Source: an uncultured delta proteobacterium (GTDB taxonomy: Bacteria; Myxococcota_A; Polyangia; Polyangiales; Polyangiaceae). From it: DNA of 64,000 bases. Every line of letters starts with the position of its first letter. Positions within the stretch are counted from its first letter, which is position 1. The stretch lies in NCBI GenBank assembly GCA_963841435.1, contig CAWJCS010000006.1:608001-672000 (forward strand), in the 5' to 3' direction. Positions 40,702 through 52,454 of the stretch are shown here, piece after piece. The notes beneath the pieces were generated by a model. That model saw only the letters and a list, made by a program, of their open reading frames with translations. It searched no databases and was not told where the DNA came from. The position numbers were made by a program, and so were the translations under genes.

Positions 40702-41377
40702 GTCGGCTCCTCGAAGGCTCTGGGGCGGCGGCGGCCTCGAGCCGCTCCCCCGGCGAGTCGGGGGAGGGGAGCGCGACCCGCGGCCGACCGCTCGCAACAT
40801 AGCTCAGCGAGGCGGCGTCGGTCACGGTGCGGGTCGCGAGATCCCGCAGGACGAGCTCCGTGAGCAGCGCCTCCGCGCGCGCGTCGCTCAGCCTGAGCTG
40901 GGCGGCGAGCTCGGGCGCCCCGACCGCCGCCCCCTGGGCACCGAGGATCTCGCGGGCGAGGACGAGCTCCGCCTCGTCGAGCGCCGCCTCGAACGCGCGC
41001 TGGTGCTTCCTTCCACGCCCGACCACGGCGACACCGAGCAAGAGGGGAACGAGGGCCACCGACAGCGTGATCAGCAGCGAAAGGGCGCCGCCCCCCAAGG
41101 CCACGAGGGCGACGAGCGCAGCCGCGAGGCCCAGGGCCCCGAGGCTCGCCAGCGCCGCACCGGCCGCGACGAGCACCCCCGCACGAACGCGGACGGCTTC
41201 GGCGCGGATGAGCAGTGCTTCTTCGGCGTGCGAGCGCTCCGGGAGCGGCGGATCGACGACGAGGCGCGGGCCCCCGCACGCGGGGCAGCGGTAGCGATCC
41301 GCGGCGGCGGGCTCCGGGGCCGTGACCGCGCGGCAGTGCGGGCAGCGGTCTGGCTCGGGAACCATCCCGGTCACCAT
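40694..41377 (-). CDS. Membrane protein with N-terminal zinc-ribbon (CPHC/CPAC) and C-terminal wHTH-like segment
   Basis: Two CxxC motifs, two TM helices, APELAAQLRLSDARAEALL. Confidence 0.7.
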   Translation of the reverse strand: MVTGMVPEPDRCPHCRAVTAPEPAAADRYRCPACGGPRLVVDPPLPERSHAEEALLIRAEAVRVRAGVLVAAGAALASLGALGLAAALVALVALGGGALSLLITLSVALVPLLLGVAVVGRGRKHQRAFEAALDEAELVLAREILGAQGAAVGAPELAAQLRLSDARAEALLTELVLRDLATRTVTDAASLSYVASGRPRVALPSPDSPGERLEAAAAPEPSRSRRD

Positions 41378-41560
41378 GGCGACGCTGCCTAGCACGATCC
41401 AGGGCCTCTAGCGCATCCCGCCACCTCGCGACGGGCGGGACGCCCCCGAGGGCAGAGCTCGAGCCGCGCTTTCGAAGCGGCGCCGCGGGCGAAGCCCGCG
41501 CCGAACCAGCGAAGCTGGTCGTGGGATGTGCTCATGCCGAGGCTTGCCAACGGGCCGACA

Positions 41561-43330
41561 ATGGATGCTAAGAACACACGCGCCGTGCGTGCCAAATTCC
41601 CGGTTTCGACGCTGACCGCAACGCTCCTCGCACTCTCGGTGGCGCCTGCGGCGCGGGCCTTCCCGGGCTTCATGGCAAGCAAGGGCAAGCCGCCCGTCGT
41701 GCATTCGACGCACATCGTGGTGATGAAGAAGGGCCCGAGCACGGTCGTCACCTTGATGCCCGACTACCAGGGCTCGCTCGAGCCCTTCGTCATCGTTCTC
41801 CCCGTTCCGGCAGACGTCACGGCCGATCACGTCGTCACGCTCAAGCGCGAGTACGTGGATCACGCCGATCAGATCAGCGCGCCCCGGTTTCACGAATTCT
41901 GGGAGCAGGATCCATGCGACCCCGGGCCGCCCGAGCAGGAGTGGCAGCGTGACCTGCGCGTGACGGGCAGCGGGTTCCTCGGGGCGCCTGCTCCCGGTGG
42001 TGGCGAGCACAAGGTAGCCAAGGAGCTGCTCATCGATACGCAGGTGCGCACCAAGGAGGGCGAGTACACGATGAGCGTGCTGCCTGCCGGTACCTCGCCG
42101 CTCGGCTGGCTCAAGGAGCACGGGTATCGAGCCCCGCCCGGAACCGATGCCGCGATCGCGCCGTACGTCAGCGCGGGCAACGCCTTCGTCGCTGCCGAAG
42201 TTGACGTGAAGCGCATCGAGCTCGTCGGCGGCGATCGCGCGCAACTCTCGCCGATCCGCTTCTTCACCCAGGAACCGTACGACACGCTGCCCGTGAAGCT
42301 CGGCATCGTGAACGCGCCGGCCAACGACCTTCAAGAGATCGTCGTCTACACGCTCGATCCCGACAAGCGCTACGAGGTCCAAAACTACAAGACGATCACG
42401 CCGCCCACGAACATCGAGGTCGACTTCGACGTGAAGGAGCGGATGGGGGAGTTTTACAATTCGCTCTACGATCGCATCCTGGCGAAGAATCCCGACACCG
42501 TGCTGCTCGAGTATGCGTGGTCGTTCGAGGGCTGCGGTCAGCCGTGCGCCACCGTCCCGTTCGAGCTTTCCGAGCTCTTGAGCCTGGGCGGCGATGTGTT
42601 CGAGCGCGCGGTGTCGGAAGAAGAGCTGAATCCGAAGCCTCCGGCGCTGACCGCGGAAGAGAAGGAGCTCGATAAGGAGCTCCTGAAGCCCCTCAAGCCC
42701 AAGGAGCGGCGCAAGAAACAGAAGGAGCTCCAGGAGGATCGCGAGAAGGTCGCGCGCATCAAAGCGCTCGTCGAGCGCAACAAGTACGTGCTCACGCGCC
42801 TCCACTTCCGCTTCGGTAAGGCCACGCTGCCGCGCGATCCGAAGCTTGCGCCCGCGAACGCGCTCGAGGGCGGCATCGCACTGCCCAAGGGGCAGAAGCG
42901 CGAGGCGAACATGGCCGTCGTGGCGGCCAAGGAGAGCAAGCTTCAGACGCGGTACAACAACTTCCACAACTGGAAGCCCGTCATTCACTGTCCTTCGCCG
43001 GATCGCTGGCGGTGGGGCAAGTCGCCGCCGGACTACCGGGGTCTGCGAAAGACCTGGATCGCGGACGATCTGACGCGCAAGAGCCGCACGCAGATCAACG
43101 CACAGAAGATGATTCTCACCCCGCTGCCCGAGCTCGGCCTCGGGCCGGGCTTCGAGCCGAAGGATGCCGGTGCCGACGCCGCCGACGCCGGCGAAGCTCC
43201 GAGCAGCAAAAAGACGTGCGGTTGCCGCGTGCCGGGTGGGGGTCGCGTTGCGGGGGCGCCGCTCTTCTTGGTGCTCGGTGCCGCGCTCGGCCTGGGTCGC
43301 AGCATCCGTCGCCGTGCCCGGCGACGCTGA
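41561..43330 (+). CDS. DUF2330-like protein with MYXO-CTERM sorting signal
   Basis: Signal peptide then AFPGFM; F.IVLPVP; EFWEQDPC; LEYAW; LTRLH; C-terminal CGCRVPG-TM-RRR. Start uncertain. Confidence 0.85.
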   Translation: MDAKNTRAVRAKFPVSTLTATLLALSVAPAARAFPGFMASKGKPPVVHSTHIVVMKKGPSTVVTLMPDYQGSLEPFVIVLPVPADVTADHVVTLKREYVDHADQISAPRFHEFWEQDPCDPGPPEQEWQRDLRVTGSGFLGAPAPGGGEHKVAKELLIDTQVRTKEGEYTMSVLPAGTSPLGWLKEHGYRAPPGTDAAIAPYVSAGNAFVAAEVDVKRIELVGGDRAQLSPIRFFTQEPYDTLPVKLGIVNAPANDLQEIVVYTLDPDKRYEVQNYKTITPPTNIEVDFDVKERMGEFYNSLYDRILAKNPDTVLLEYAWSFEGCGQPCATVPFELSELLSLGGDVFERAVSEEELNPKPPALTAEEKELDKELLKPLKPKERRKKQKELQEDREKVARIKALVERNKYVLTRLHFRFGKATLPRDPKLAPANALEGGIALPKGQKREANMAVVAAKESKLQTRYNNFHNWKPVIHCPSPDRWRWGKSPPDYRGLRKTWIADDLTRKSRTQINAQKMILTPLPELGLGPGFEPKDAGADAADAGEAPSSKKTCGCRVPGGGRVAGAPLFLVLGAALGLGRSIRRRARRR

Positions 43331-43334
43331 CTCG

Positions 43335-44474
43335 CTAGAATGGCGCCGTCACGCCCCGCGCGTTTCGTGCCGCGAAGTACGAGCGTAGGACGTCTCGTGC
43401 GACCTCCGCTCCCTTGCGGCGCCACACGGCGCCGTTTTCGAGCAGCACGCTGACGACGACCGTCGGGTGGCGCGCGGGGGCGAACCCGATGAACCAGCTC
43501 GCGGTCTCGTCGCCGTCGTCGGGGGCGAGCGTCCCCGTTTTGCCCGCCACCTTCACGGAGGCGAGCAGCGGGTGCCCGAGGTCGTCGTAAAAGGCGTTGC
43601 GGGCCGTGCCGCTCTCGACCGTCACCTCCATCATGCGCTCCAGGCGGTGCGCCGTGAGGGCGCTGATGGCGCGGCCGGTCGTCTCGAGCTCCGCGGGCGC
43701 GTCGGCTCCCTCGCTCCGAGCGAGTCGGAACCGCGGTGAAAGCCCGCCCGTGGCGACGACGGCCGCCAGATAGGCGCCCCCGAGGGGCGTGAGCGTCGTG
43801 CCGCGGAAACCCGCGGCCGTGCGCGCGAAGTCGAGGTCGCCGTAGGGGACGTCGAGCGTGCCGACGAGCACGGGGAAGTCGAAGGGAAGCTCGTGATTGA
43901 ATCCGATCCGTTCGGCCACCTCGAGTAGGTCGGTGCGCAGCAGGCGGTGCGTCGCGAGCTGAGCGAACGCGGCGTTGCGGCTGTGCCCGAGCGCTTGGAA
44001 GAACGAGCCGCAGCGGATGTCGCCCTCGCGCGGGCGATCGAGATGGCGTCGCTCGATGCTGCGCAGGCCGCCGGCGATGCACACCCGGTCACGTGGTTGG
44101 ACGTTGCCGCGTTCGTAGAGCGCCACGGTCGTCACGACCTTGAACACGCTCGCGGCTGGAGCGCTCGGCGTCGTGACGACGGAAGGCCCGCGCCCGTCGC
44201 GTCGCCGGTCCGCCCACGCGAGGATGTGACCCGTCGTGATGTCCACCGCGACGATGGCACCAGCCACGGGACGCGCGCGCTCGAGCAGGCGTTCGGCGTC
44301 GGCCTGCAGCGCCGGATCGAGGGTTAGCCGGGCCTTCGAGCCGGCGAGGCGCCCCACGACGACGCCGTCGAGAGTCTTCGCGTGGGAGAGGTCCACCCGG
44401 GGCGAGCTGCCGGAGCGATCCGGGGCGGCTCCGAGGAGCAGCAGGCCTAGGCAGGCGACCCGAGCTCGTCGCAT
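43335..44474 (-). CDS. Penicillin-binding protein, transpeptidase domain
   Basis: SxxK (ASVFK), SxN (SRN), KTG; SWFIGFAP. Confidence 0.9.
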   Translation of the reverse strand: MRRARVACLGLLLLGAAPDRSGSSPRVDLSHAKTLDGVVVGRLAGSKARLTLDPALQADAERLLERARPVAGAIVAVDITTGHILAWADRRRDGRGPSVVTTPSAPAASVFKVVTTVALYERGNVQPRDRVCIAGGLRSIERRHLDRPREGDIRCGSFFQALGHSRNAAFAQLATHRLLRTDLLEVAERIGFNHELPFDFPVLVGTLDVPYGDLDFARTAAGFRGTTLTPLGGAYLAAVVATGGLSPRFRLARSEGADAPAELETTGRAISALTAHRLERMMEVTVESGTARNAFYDDLGHPLLASVKVAGKTGTLAPDDGDETASWFIGFAPARHPTVVVSVLLENGAVWRRKGAEVARDVLRSYFAARNARGVTAPF

Positions 44475-44602
44475 CGCCCACTCGTAAGGCCGTTCCCCCT
44501 TTGGTGCCAACTTCCGAGGGCTTCATATTTTGCCTTATGGTTTCAGTAGCTTGAAGAGGATTGCCGGCCTAACGGCCGCCATGGGAGCGCACGTTCTTGG
44601 CA

Positions 44603-44637
44603 TCATGTAGTCAAGAGACCTACCATTGACTACATGA
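44603..44637. promoter_or_regulatory. Perfect 12-bp inverted repeat overlapping the PilZ start codon
   Basis: TCATGTAGTCAA-gagacctacca-TTGACTACATGA. Confidence 0.65.
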
Positions 44638-44972
44638 ACGGGACCGCCAGACGTCAGGTCGGAATGCGAGCCAGGACGGATTTTCGAGTGACGGCACGTT
44701 GGGGGCACAAGAGCCTCAGCTGCCGCGGCATCGAAGTTTCGCCGGGCGGGATCGTCCTCGACTCGGGCCTGCGCCGGTTGGGGACACCGCTCTGGATCTG
44801 GCTCGAGCTCGAGCTACCCGAGCGCGTGCGGCCGATGCGGGCGCTCGCACGGCCGGTCTGGACGCTGGGCTCCCAACAGGCGCTGCGCTTCGTGCGCATC
44901 TCCGACGCCGATCGTCTCTCACTCGCCGAGCACGTGGACCTCGCCGCTCGCCGCGGCATGGTCCTGAACTGA
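44634..44972 (+). CDS. PilZ-like single-domain protein
   Basis: Arg-rich start (RRQVGMRAR), EVSPGGI (D/NxSxxG variant), LELELP..ALARPVW..ALRF. Confidence 0.72.
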   Translation: MNGTARRQVGMRARTDFRVTARWGHKSLSCRGIEVSPGGIVLDSGLRRLGTPLWIWLELELPERVRPMRALARPVWTLGSQQALRFVRISDADRLSLAEHVDLAARRGMVLN

Positions 44973-44979
44973 GGTGAAC

Positions 44980-46017
44980 ATGAAATCGTCCACCCGACTT
45001 GCCGCTCGCCTGATTCGCGCGAGCATCTGCACCACGTCGCCGGCGCTGATGAGCGGCTGTGTGGCCGCCAAACACTACGACGAAGCGCGTTCGGTGGCCG
45101 AGAGCGAGATGGCGGCCCACCAGCATGCTCAAGCGAGACTCGGCGCGGCGCTCGAGCGTGTGCGCTCGCTGGAGCAGTCACTCGACGAAAAGGAGCAGGC
45201 GCTCGCGCAGAAGGACCACGAGCTCGATGCGGGGCAGTCCGTCGTCGCGCAGTCGAAGCTCGAAGCGACGGTCGCTATGAGCGAGAAGCGGGCCGCGAGC
45301 GAGCTCGTCGATCAGCTGCGCGGAGAGCTCGCGCGCACGGGCGACCATTTGAGCGTTTTTTCCCATGAAAAGCGCGACCTCGAACAAGCGCTCGTGCTCG
45401 CCGAGCAGCGCTTGACCACCGCCGAGCGCGCCGAACGAAGCTTTGGCGAGCTACTCGAGGTGACGAGGGACCTGGCGCTTTCGCTCGGCGAGCCGCTCGG
45501 CGCTGGCCTGCTCGCACTCGGCACGCACGCTAGCGGCGTCAGCCTGTACCTGCCGAACGAGCGCGTCTTCGCGGGCGAGACCGACCAGCTACTGGCCCAG
45601 GCCGAGCCCTACCTCGCGTCGTTCGCTCGGGTGAGTGGGCGTCATCCGACACTTCGCGTCCTCGTGCTCTCGAAGGACCCGGGGGCGAGCTCGGCGGCCC
45701 GCGCCGACCGCATCAAGCTCGGGCTCACCGAGCTCGGGGTCGCAGACGAGCGCATCACGCTGGACGTAACGCCCGCGGAACCGTCACCGGCCGACGCCAC
45801 GGCTCCGAGCGGTATCGCTCCGGATGCGACCGCTCCTCTTGCTGCGGATGCCCCGGTCAACGGCGCCGCGCCAGAAGCTCCCGAGCCCACCGAAGAGGCC
45901 CCCGCGGCGGCGCCCGAGGGCCCCGGTGACTCGCTCGCCCCGTTGCCCGAATCGTCGGCACCCGAGCCGCACGCCCAAAGCGCGCTCGGCGGCTACGAGC
46001 TCGTGCTCACGCCTTGA
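44980..46017 (+). CDS. Lipoprotein with coiled coil and degenerate OmpA/MotB-like C-terminal domain
   Basis: MSGC lipobox-like; long heptad region; LPNERVFAG..., SAARADRI...GV...RI. Confidence 0.72.
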   Translation: MKSSTRLAARLIRASICTTSPALMSGCVAAKHYDEARSVAESEMAAHQHAQARLGAALERVRSLEQSLDEKEQALAQKDHELDAGQSVVAQSKLEATVAMSEKRAASELVDQLRGELARTGDHLSVFSHEKRDLEQALVLAEQRLTTAERAERSFGELLEVTRDLALSLGEPLGAGLLALGTHASGVSLYLPNERVFAGETDQLLAQAEPYLASFARVSGRHPTLRVLVLSKDPGASSAARADRIKLGLTELGVADERITLDVTPAEPSPADATAPSGIAPDATAPLAADAPVNGAAPEAPEPTEEAPAAAPEGPGDSLAPLPESSAPEPHAQSALGGYELVLTP

Positions 46018-46020
46018 GCG

Positions 46021-46779
46021 TCAGGCGCGCGTGCCGACGCTGCGCCCGCCGTCGACCACGATCTCTTCGCCCGTCACGAAGCTTGCGCCCGCGAGGTAGA
46101 CGACGGCCTTGGCGACCTCGTCGGCCCCGCCCGTGCGCCCGAGCGGGATCCGCGCCACGAGCCGTTCGACCTCGGCGCTCGAGAGCGTCTCGGGCGGCAG
46201 GACCGTCCCGGGCGCGACGGCGTTGACGCGCACGTCCGGCGCGAGCTCGAGAGCGAGCGTGCGCACGAGCTGACGGAGCGCGCCCTTCGAGACCACGTAC
46301 GGCAGGTAGTTCTTGAAGGGCGCCGTGGCGCTGGTGCAGGTGATGAACACCATCGAGCCGCGGCTCGCGCGGAGCGCGGGCGTCAGTCGGTGCGCCAGCG
46401 CGAACGGCGAGGCGAGGTTCAGCGAAAGGCTGCGGTCGAACGCGGCGTCATCGAGGGTGTCGTACTCGAGGCGCTCGAAGCTCGCAGCGCTCGCCACGAA
46501 CAGATCGAGCCCGCCGAGCGCGGCGACGCTCGCGTCGGCCAGGCGCCGGGCCTCGTCGCGCGAGCCGAGATCGGCCTGTAGCACGTGGGCTTCGCCGCCC
46601 GCCTCGCGAATCGTGCGTGCCGTCTCGTCGGCGCCCGCGCGGCTCTGATGGTAGTGGACGACGACGCGCATCCCTTCGGCGGCGAGCGCGAGCGCGATGG
46701 CGCGCCCCACGCGCTTGCCGGCGCCCGTGACGAGCGCGCGCCCATCGACGAGGGGGCGTGGCCTTTCCGGGGCGTTCAT
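46021..46779 (-). CDS. SDR oxidoreductase, pteridine reductase/FolM-like
   Basis: TGAGKRVG, VVHYHQS, YVVSK, VRVNAVAPG, VDGG. Confidence 0.88.
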   Translation of the reverse strand: MNAPERPRPLVDGRALVTGAGKRVGRAIALALAAEGMRVVVHYHQSRAGADETARTIREAGGEAHVLQADLGSRDEARRLADASVAALGGLDLFVASAASFERLEYDTLDDAAFDRSLSLNLASPFALAHRLTPALRASRGSMVFITCTSATAPFKNYLPYVVSKGALRQLVRTLALELAPDVRVNAVAPGTVLPPETLSSAEVERLVARIPLGRTGGADEVAKAVVYLAGASFVTGEEIVVDGGRSVGTRA

Positions 46780-46789
46780 GCCCCCGAGA

Positions 46790-47509
46790 CTACAACGTGA
46801 GCGTCACCTTCGCCGGCCAGCTGCCGGGGGACGGAAAGCTCGCGCTCTCGAGCACCGAAACCAGGCAATCGACGGCCGCGTCGCCGGCCTCGTCGGGCGG
46901 CGCCACGCCGGCGGCGAGCACGCGGCCGTCGGTTCCTACGTAGAGCGTCGCCTCGTAGTCACCGTGGCGCCCGTCCTTGCACCTCGACACCTCGCCGAAC
47001 ACCTTCTGCAGGCCCGGAGCCGCATCGCGCTTCTCCCAGAACGTCGGCTCGCGGACGTCGTTGGGCGGGTCGAAGGAGAAGGACTTTCGCGCGAGGCCGT
47101 GCTCGCCGCCGACGGGCCGCGGCCACGTCTTGCCGCGCAGAGCGTCGAGCATGCAGCGTTCCGTCTCGCGATCGCCGAGCGTGGAGTGCTCGAGGTGCGC
47201 GTGGTCGACGCGCCCGCGCATGTCGATCTTCAGGTAGAAGCTCACCGTCCCACCGAGGAACTCGACGCGCTCGGCGCCGTGGCGCAAGCAGCGCTCGAGG
47301 GTGCTCACCGACGACGAGAACGTTCGATCGACCGCTTCCTCGTTCAAGCCGCCGATCTCGCTCGTGGCGCGGATGCCTTGCTCTTCGGCCTCGGGGCCCG
47401 AGGAGTCGATGTTCGCGGCCTTGGGTGGCGGCTCGCTCGAGCCACCACAGGCGACGAGGAGGACGGCGGCGAGTGTCAGGGGGGCGAAGCCAGAGCGAAG
47501 TCTCGACAT
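46790..47509 (-). CDS. Lipoprotein with two AgmX/PglI (TonB-C-like) domains
   Basis: LVAC lipobox; GGLNEEAV...RC...STLGDRETERC...WPRP; second copy GRVLAAG...VDC...FPSP. Confidence 0.75.
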   Translation of the reverse strand: MSRLRSGFAPLTLAAVLLVACGGSSEPPPKAANIDSSGPEAEEQGIRATSEIGGLNEEAVDRTFSSSVSTLERCLRHGAERVEFLGGTVSFYLKIDMRGRVDHAHLEHSTLGDRETERCMLDALRGKTWPRPVGGEHGLARKSFSFDPPNDVREPTFWEKRDAAPGLQKVFGEVSRCKDGRHGDYEATLYVGTDGRVLAAGVAPPDEAGDAAVDCLVSVLESASFPSPGSWPAKVTLTL

Positions 47510-47565
47510 GATCGGGCGCGTTCGTAGCGCGAAGGACTCTCCCCGACAATCCGGGTGCGCGAGGC

Positions 47566-49536
47566 TCACTCTTCGTGGCCGCGGAGCCTTGCAAGGACGT
47601 TCAAATCTTCCAGGGTCGAGATGTCGCCCTGCGCCTCACGCCCGGCAGCGACGTCCTTGAGCAGCCTGCGCATGATTTTCCCACTGCGGGTCTTTGGAAG
47701 ACCTTCGGCGAACCGAATGTCGTCGGGGCGCGCAAATTTTCCGATTTCCTTCGCCACGTGCTCGGCGAGCGCCTTCTGCATCGAAGCATCGGCCAGGTTT
47801 CCGGGCTTCAAGGTGACGAACACGACCAGGGCCTGCCCCTTGATCTCGTCGGGTCGCCCCACGGCGGCCGCCTCGGCGACGGCGGGATGCGACACGAGGG
47901 CGCTCTCGATCTCGGCGGTGCCGATGCGGTGACCGGCGACGTTCAGCACGTCGTCGATGCGGCCGACCACGTGATAGTACCCGTCGCGATCCACGTGGGC
48001 ACCGTCGCCCGTGAAGTAGGCGCCGGGGATCTCGGAGAAGTATTGCTTCTCGTAGCGCGCGTCGTCGCCCCACACCGTGCGGAGCTGGCTCGGCCAGGGG
48101 CGCTTGATGACGAGCAGCCCGCCCTGTCCGTCGGGTACCTTGACGCCGCCCATGCCCACCACCTCGGGGACGACGCCGAAGAAGGGAAACCCCGCGGCCC
48201 CGGGTTGCGCGGCATGCGCGCCGGGCAGCGTCGTCAAGAGGATCGACCCCGTCTCGGTTTGCCACCAGGTATCGACGATCGGGCAGCGCTTCTTGCCGAT
48301 GTGCTCCTGGTACCACATCCAAGCTTCTGGGTTGATGGGCTCGCCGACGCTGCCGAGCAGCCGCAGGCTCGAGAGATCCGAGCGCGCGGGCCATTCGGTG
48401 CCCGCGCGAATGAACGCGCGAATCGCCGTGGGAGCCGTGTAGAGGATGGTGGCCTTGTGATCCTCGATGATGCGGAACAAGCGCCCCCAGTCGGGATGAT
48501 TGGGGGCTCCCTCGTAAAGCAGGCACGTCGCGCCGTTCGAGAGCGGCCCGTACACGATGTAGCTGTGGCCGGTGACCCAGCCAACGTCTGCCGTGCAGAA
48601 GTAGACGTCGTCGTCGCGCAGGTCGAACACGTACTTCGAGGTCACGTGCGCTCCGGCGAGGTAGCCCGCTGTCGTGTGCAGCACGCCCTTCGGTTTGCCG
48701 GTCGAGCCCGACGTGTAGAGGATGAAGAGCGGATGCTCGGCGTCGACGATTTCGGCGGCCTTGCCTCCATCGGGGTCCGTGCCCGAAACCGCGGCCTCCC
48801 AGTCGAGATCACGGCCAGGCTTGAGCGTGATCGGAGCGCGCTCGGGCCCGACGCGGCGGCAGACCAGCACCTTCTCCACGCTCGGCGTCCCCTCGAGCGC
48901 CTGGTCGACGGTGGCCTTCAGCGGCACGATCTGGCCGCGGCGGTAGGCGCCGTCCTGCGTCAAGACGAGCTTGGCTCCGGAATCGTTGATGCGGTCACGC
49001 AGCGACTCCGCTGCGAATCCGCCGAAAACTACGGTGTGCGGCGCCCCGACGCGCGCACACGCGAGCATGGCCACCACGACCTCGGGGATCATGCCCATGT
49101 AGATGGCGACGCGATCACCCTTCTTCACGCCGAGCCCGCGGATGACCGCGGCGAGCGCCACGACCTTCTCGTGGAGCTCGGCGTAGGTGAGCGTCAGCGT
49201 GTCGCCCGGCTCGCCCTCCCACACGATCGCGCGTGCGTCGCGGCGCGGTGTCGTGAGGTGGCGATCGAGGCAGCTCTCCGACACGTTCAGTGTCGCGCCG
49301 AGGAACCATTTGCAAAACGGCGGGTTTTCCTCGACCAGCTTCGTGAACGGCGTGCGGAACACGAGGTCCGCGGTCTCGCGGCGCCAGAAGGTTTCGGGTG
49401 AGTCGATGCTCTCGCGGTAAAGCTCGAGGTAGCGCTCCTCCGACGGGATGCGGGCGCGTGCCGAAAACTCGGGGCTGGGCGCGAAACGGCGGCTGTCCGA
49501 CGAATGTGTCTCGATGGCGCGTGTGTCGATGCTCAT
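47566..49536 (-). CDS. acs: Acetyl-CoA synthetase
   Basis: [40 protein letters not shown]. Confidence 0.97.
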   Translation of the reverse strand: MSIDTRAIETHSSDSRRFAPSPEFSARARIPSEERYLELYRESIDSPETFWRRETADLVFRTPFTKLVEENPPFCKWFLGATLNVSESCLDRHLTTPRRDARAIVWEGEPGDTLTLTYAELHEKVVALAAVIRGLGVKKGDRVAIYMGMIPEVVVAMLACARVGAPHTVVFGGFAAESLRDRINDSGAKLVLTQDGAYRRGQIVPLKATVDQALEGTPSVEKVLVCRRVGPERAPITLKPGRDLDWEAAVSGTDPDGGKAAEIVDAEHPLFILYTSGSTGKPKGVLHTTAGYLAGAHVTSKYVFDLRDDDVYFCTADVGWVTGHSYIVYGPLSNGATCLLYEGAPNHPDWGRLFRIIEDHKATILYTAPTAIRAFIRAGTEWPARSDLSSLRLLGSVGEPINPEAWMWYQEHIGKKRCPIVDTWWQTETGSILLTTLPGAHAAQPGAAGFPFFGVVPEVVGMGGVKVPDGQGGLLVIKRPWPSQLRTVWGDDARYEKQYFSEIPGAYFTGDGAHVDRDGYYHVVGRIDDVLNVAGHRIGTAEIESALVSHPAVAEAAAVGRPDEIKGQALVVFVTLKPGNLADASMQKALAEHVAKEIGKFARPDDIRFAEGLPKTRSGKIMRRLLKDVAAGREAQGDISTLEDLNVLARLRGHEE

Positions 49537-49563
49537 CGTCCTCTCCAAGTCGAGGAGCGTACC

Positions 49564-51036
49564 CTACGGTGGTGCGCCCCATTCGCTGTATCCGCCCCGT
49601 ACGCCGAGGCCGATGAAACCCAGGGTTTTTCCGCCCGGGAAGGCCGAGCGCCCGTTGCGCTCCGCGTTGATACCACGCGTCCCATCCACGAGAGCGAAAA
49701 GATCCAGGCCGAACAGGAATTTTCTCCAGTTCGATGCCACGCCGAGCTCCACGAGCAAGTAGGGATCCACGCCCGGCTTTTGCCCGGGGCGGAGCCGCAG
49801 CTCGTGCCACACGATTCCTCCGCCGATGCCTCCCGCCACACGTAGCCGATCAGCTGGCGTCATGACGCGGAGGCTCGGCCCGAAGCGCGCCCAGCGCACG
49901 CGGTAGTCGATGCCGCACTGTGGCTCGCCCGATGCTCCGCTCGCCTCCGGGTCGCACGCGTTCTTCACCGAAAGCGAACCGAGCTCGAGCAGGGCATCCA
50001 CACCGACGTTCGGACGCAGGCGTCGCCCAGCCCGCAGACCGAAGGCGCCCGAGAGCGACCGCGCGCGCGAGAGGTCGAGCCCGAAGGCCGCCGCGCCGGT
50101 GCCCTGCACGTTGAACGACAGGAGGCCATAGTATCCGACCGGTGGTTTGGGTGAGGGGGGCGCCGGCAGGGCGCCTTCGGCGACGGGCGGTGGCAGCGCT
50201 CCCCGTTCGGCATGGCCGAGCTTGCCTTCAATCTGGAGACGCTCGCCAACGTCGACGCGAACGCGATCCTCGAACGGCTCGAATCCGGCGCGATACACCT
50301 GCACGAGGTGATCGTCGCCGGGCGCCACCGGGCCCACCCAGTGCCCGAGCGCGACAGCCTTGCCGTCGATGGCGATCGCGGCCGCCGGATCGCTCGCGCG
50401 CACGTCGAGGAAGCCGAGCACGGGCTCGAGCGTGAGCGCGACTGGCAGGTCGAGCTGTCCCCCCGCGACGCGCACCGTCCGCGTCGCGCGCGCGTAGCCG
50501 GGAGCCTCGGCGACGAACGTGTGCTCGCCAACGTTGACGCGCACGGCGACGAGCCTCTCTTTGTCGGGGAGGGGCTGCCCGTCGAGCGTGACCTTGGCGT
50601 CGGCCGGCGTCACCGTGACACGAATCGAGCCGACGAGCGCTCGGAGCTCGTCCCGCGCCAGACGTGCCGCGGTACGCTCGGCGTCCGAGAGCTCGGCGTC
50701 GTGGCGCGTGAGCAGCCGCGTCAGGGTGTCCGCCGCCTCGCCATAGCGGAACAGCGCCTTCTGACAGAGCGCGACGTTCTGCAGTGAGCCGGGACCGGGT
50801 TTTTCTTCGTACGCCGCCTCGAACTCGGCGAGCGAGCCGGCGTAGTTGCCGTCGCGATACAGGCGGATGCCCGCCTTGAAGTGCGCGCGGGCTCGCTCGG
50901 TGGCGGCCTTTGCCGGATCGACCTCGGGCACGGGGGACGCCGGCTGCGCCGGGCTCGCGGGCTTCTCCTCCGCACGCGCCTCGTCCCACGAAAGAGCAAC
51001 GAACAGCACGGCCGCGACCACGGCCCAGGAACGCAT
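49564..51036 (-). CDS. TPR + PEGA domain exported protein with beta-barrel-like C-terminus
   Basis: Signal peptide; ARAHFKAG..Y..G.Y..SL.EFE.AY; PEGA (VTPADAKVTLDG...GEHTF..EAPGY). Confidence 0.85.
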   Translation of the reverse strand: MRSWAVVAAVLFVALSWDEARAEEKPASPAQPASPVPEVDPAKAATERARAHFKAGIRLYRDGNYAGSLAEFEAAYEEKPGPGSLQNVALCQKALFRYGEAADTLTRLLTRHDAELSDAERTAARLARDELRALVGSIRVTVTPADAKVTLDGQPLPDKERLVAVRVNVGEHTFVAEAPGYARATRTVRVAGGQLDLPVALTLEPVLGFLDVRASDPAAAIAIDGKAVALGHWVGPVAPGDDHLVQVYRAGFEPFEDRVRVDVGERLQIEGKLGHAERGALPPPVAEGALPAPPSPKPPVGYYGLLSFNVQGTGAAAFGLDLSRARSLSGAFGLRAGRRLRPNVGVDALLELGSLSVKNACDPEASGASGEPQCGIDYRVRWARFGPSLRVMTPADRLRVAGGIGGGIVWHELRLRPGQKPGVDPYLLVELGVASNWRKFLFGLDLFALVDGTRGINAERNGRSAFPGGKTLGFIGLGVRGGYSEWGAPP

Positions 51037-51068
51037 GGCACCTTTTTAGCAGGCACCTGCCGTCAGGG

Positions 51069-52391
<1,323 letters not shown>

Positions 52392-52454
52392 CGGCGCTCG
52401 GCCGACAGCGTAACCCTTCTTGGACGGCGCCGCAGCGCGGCCGCCCCACCGGCG

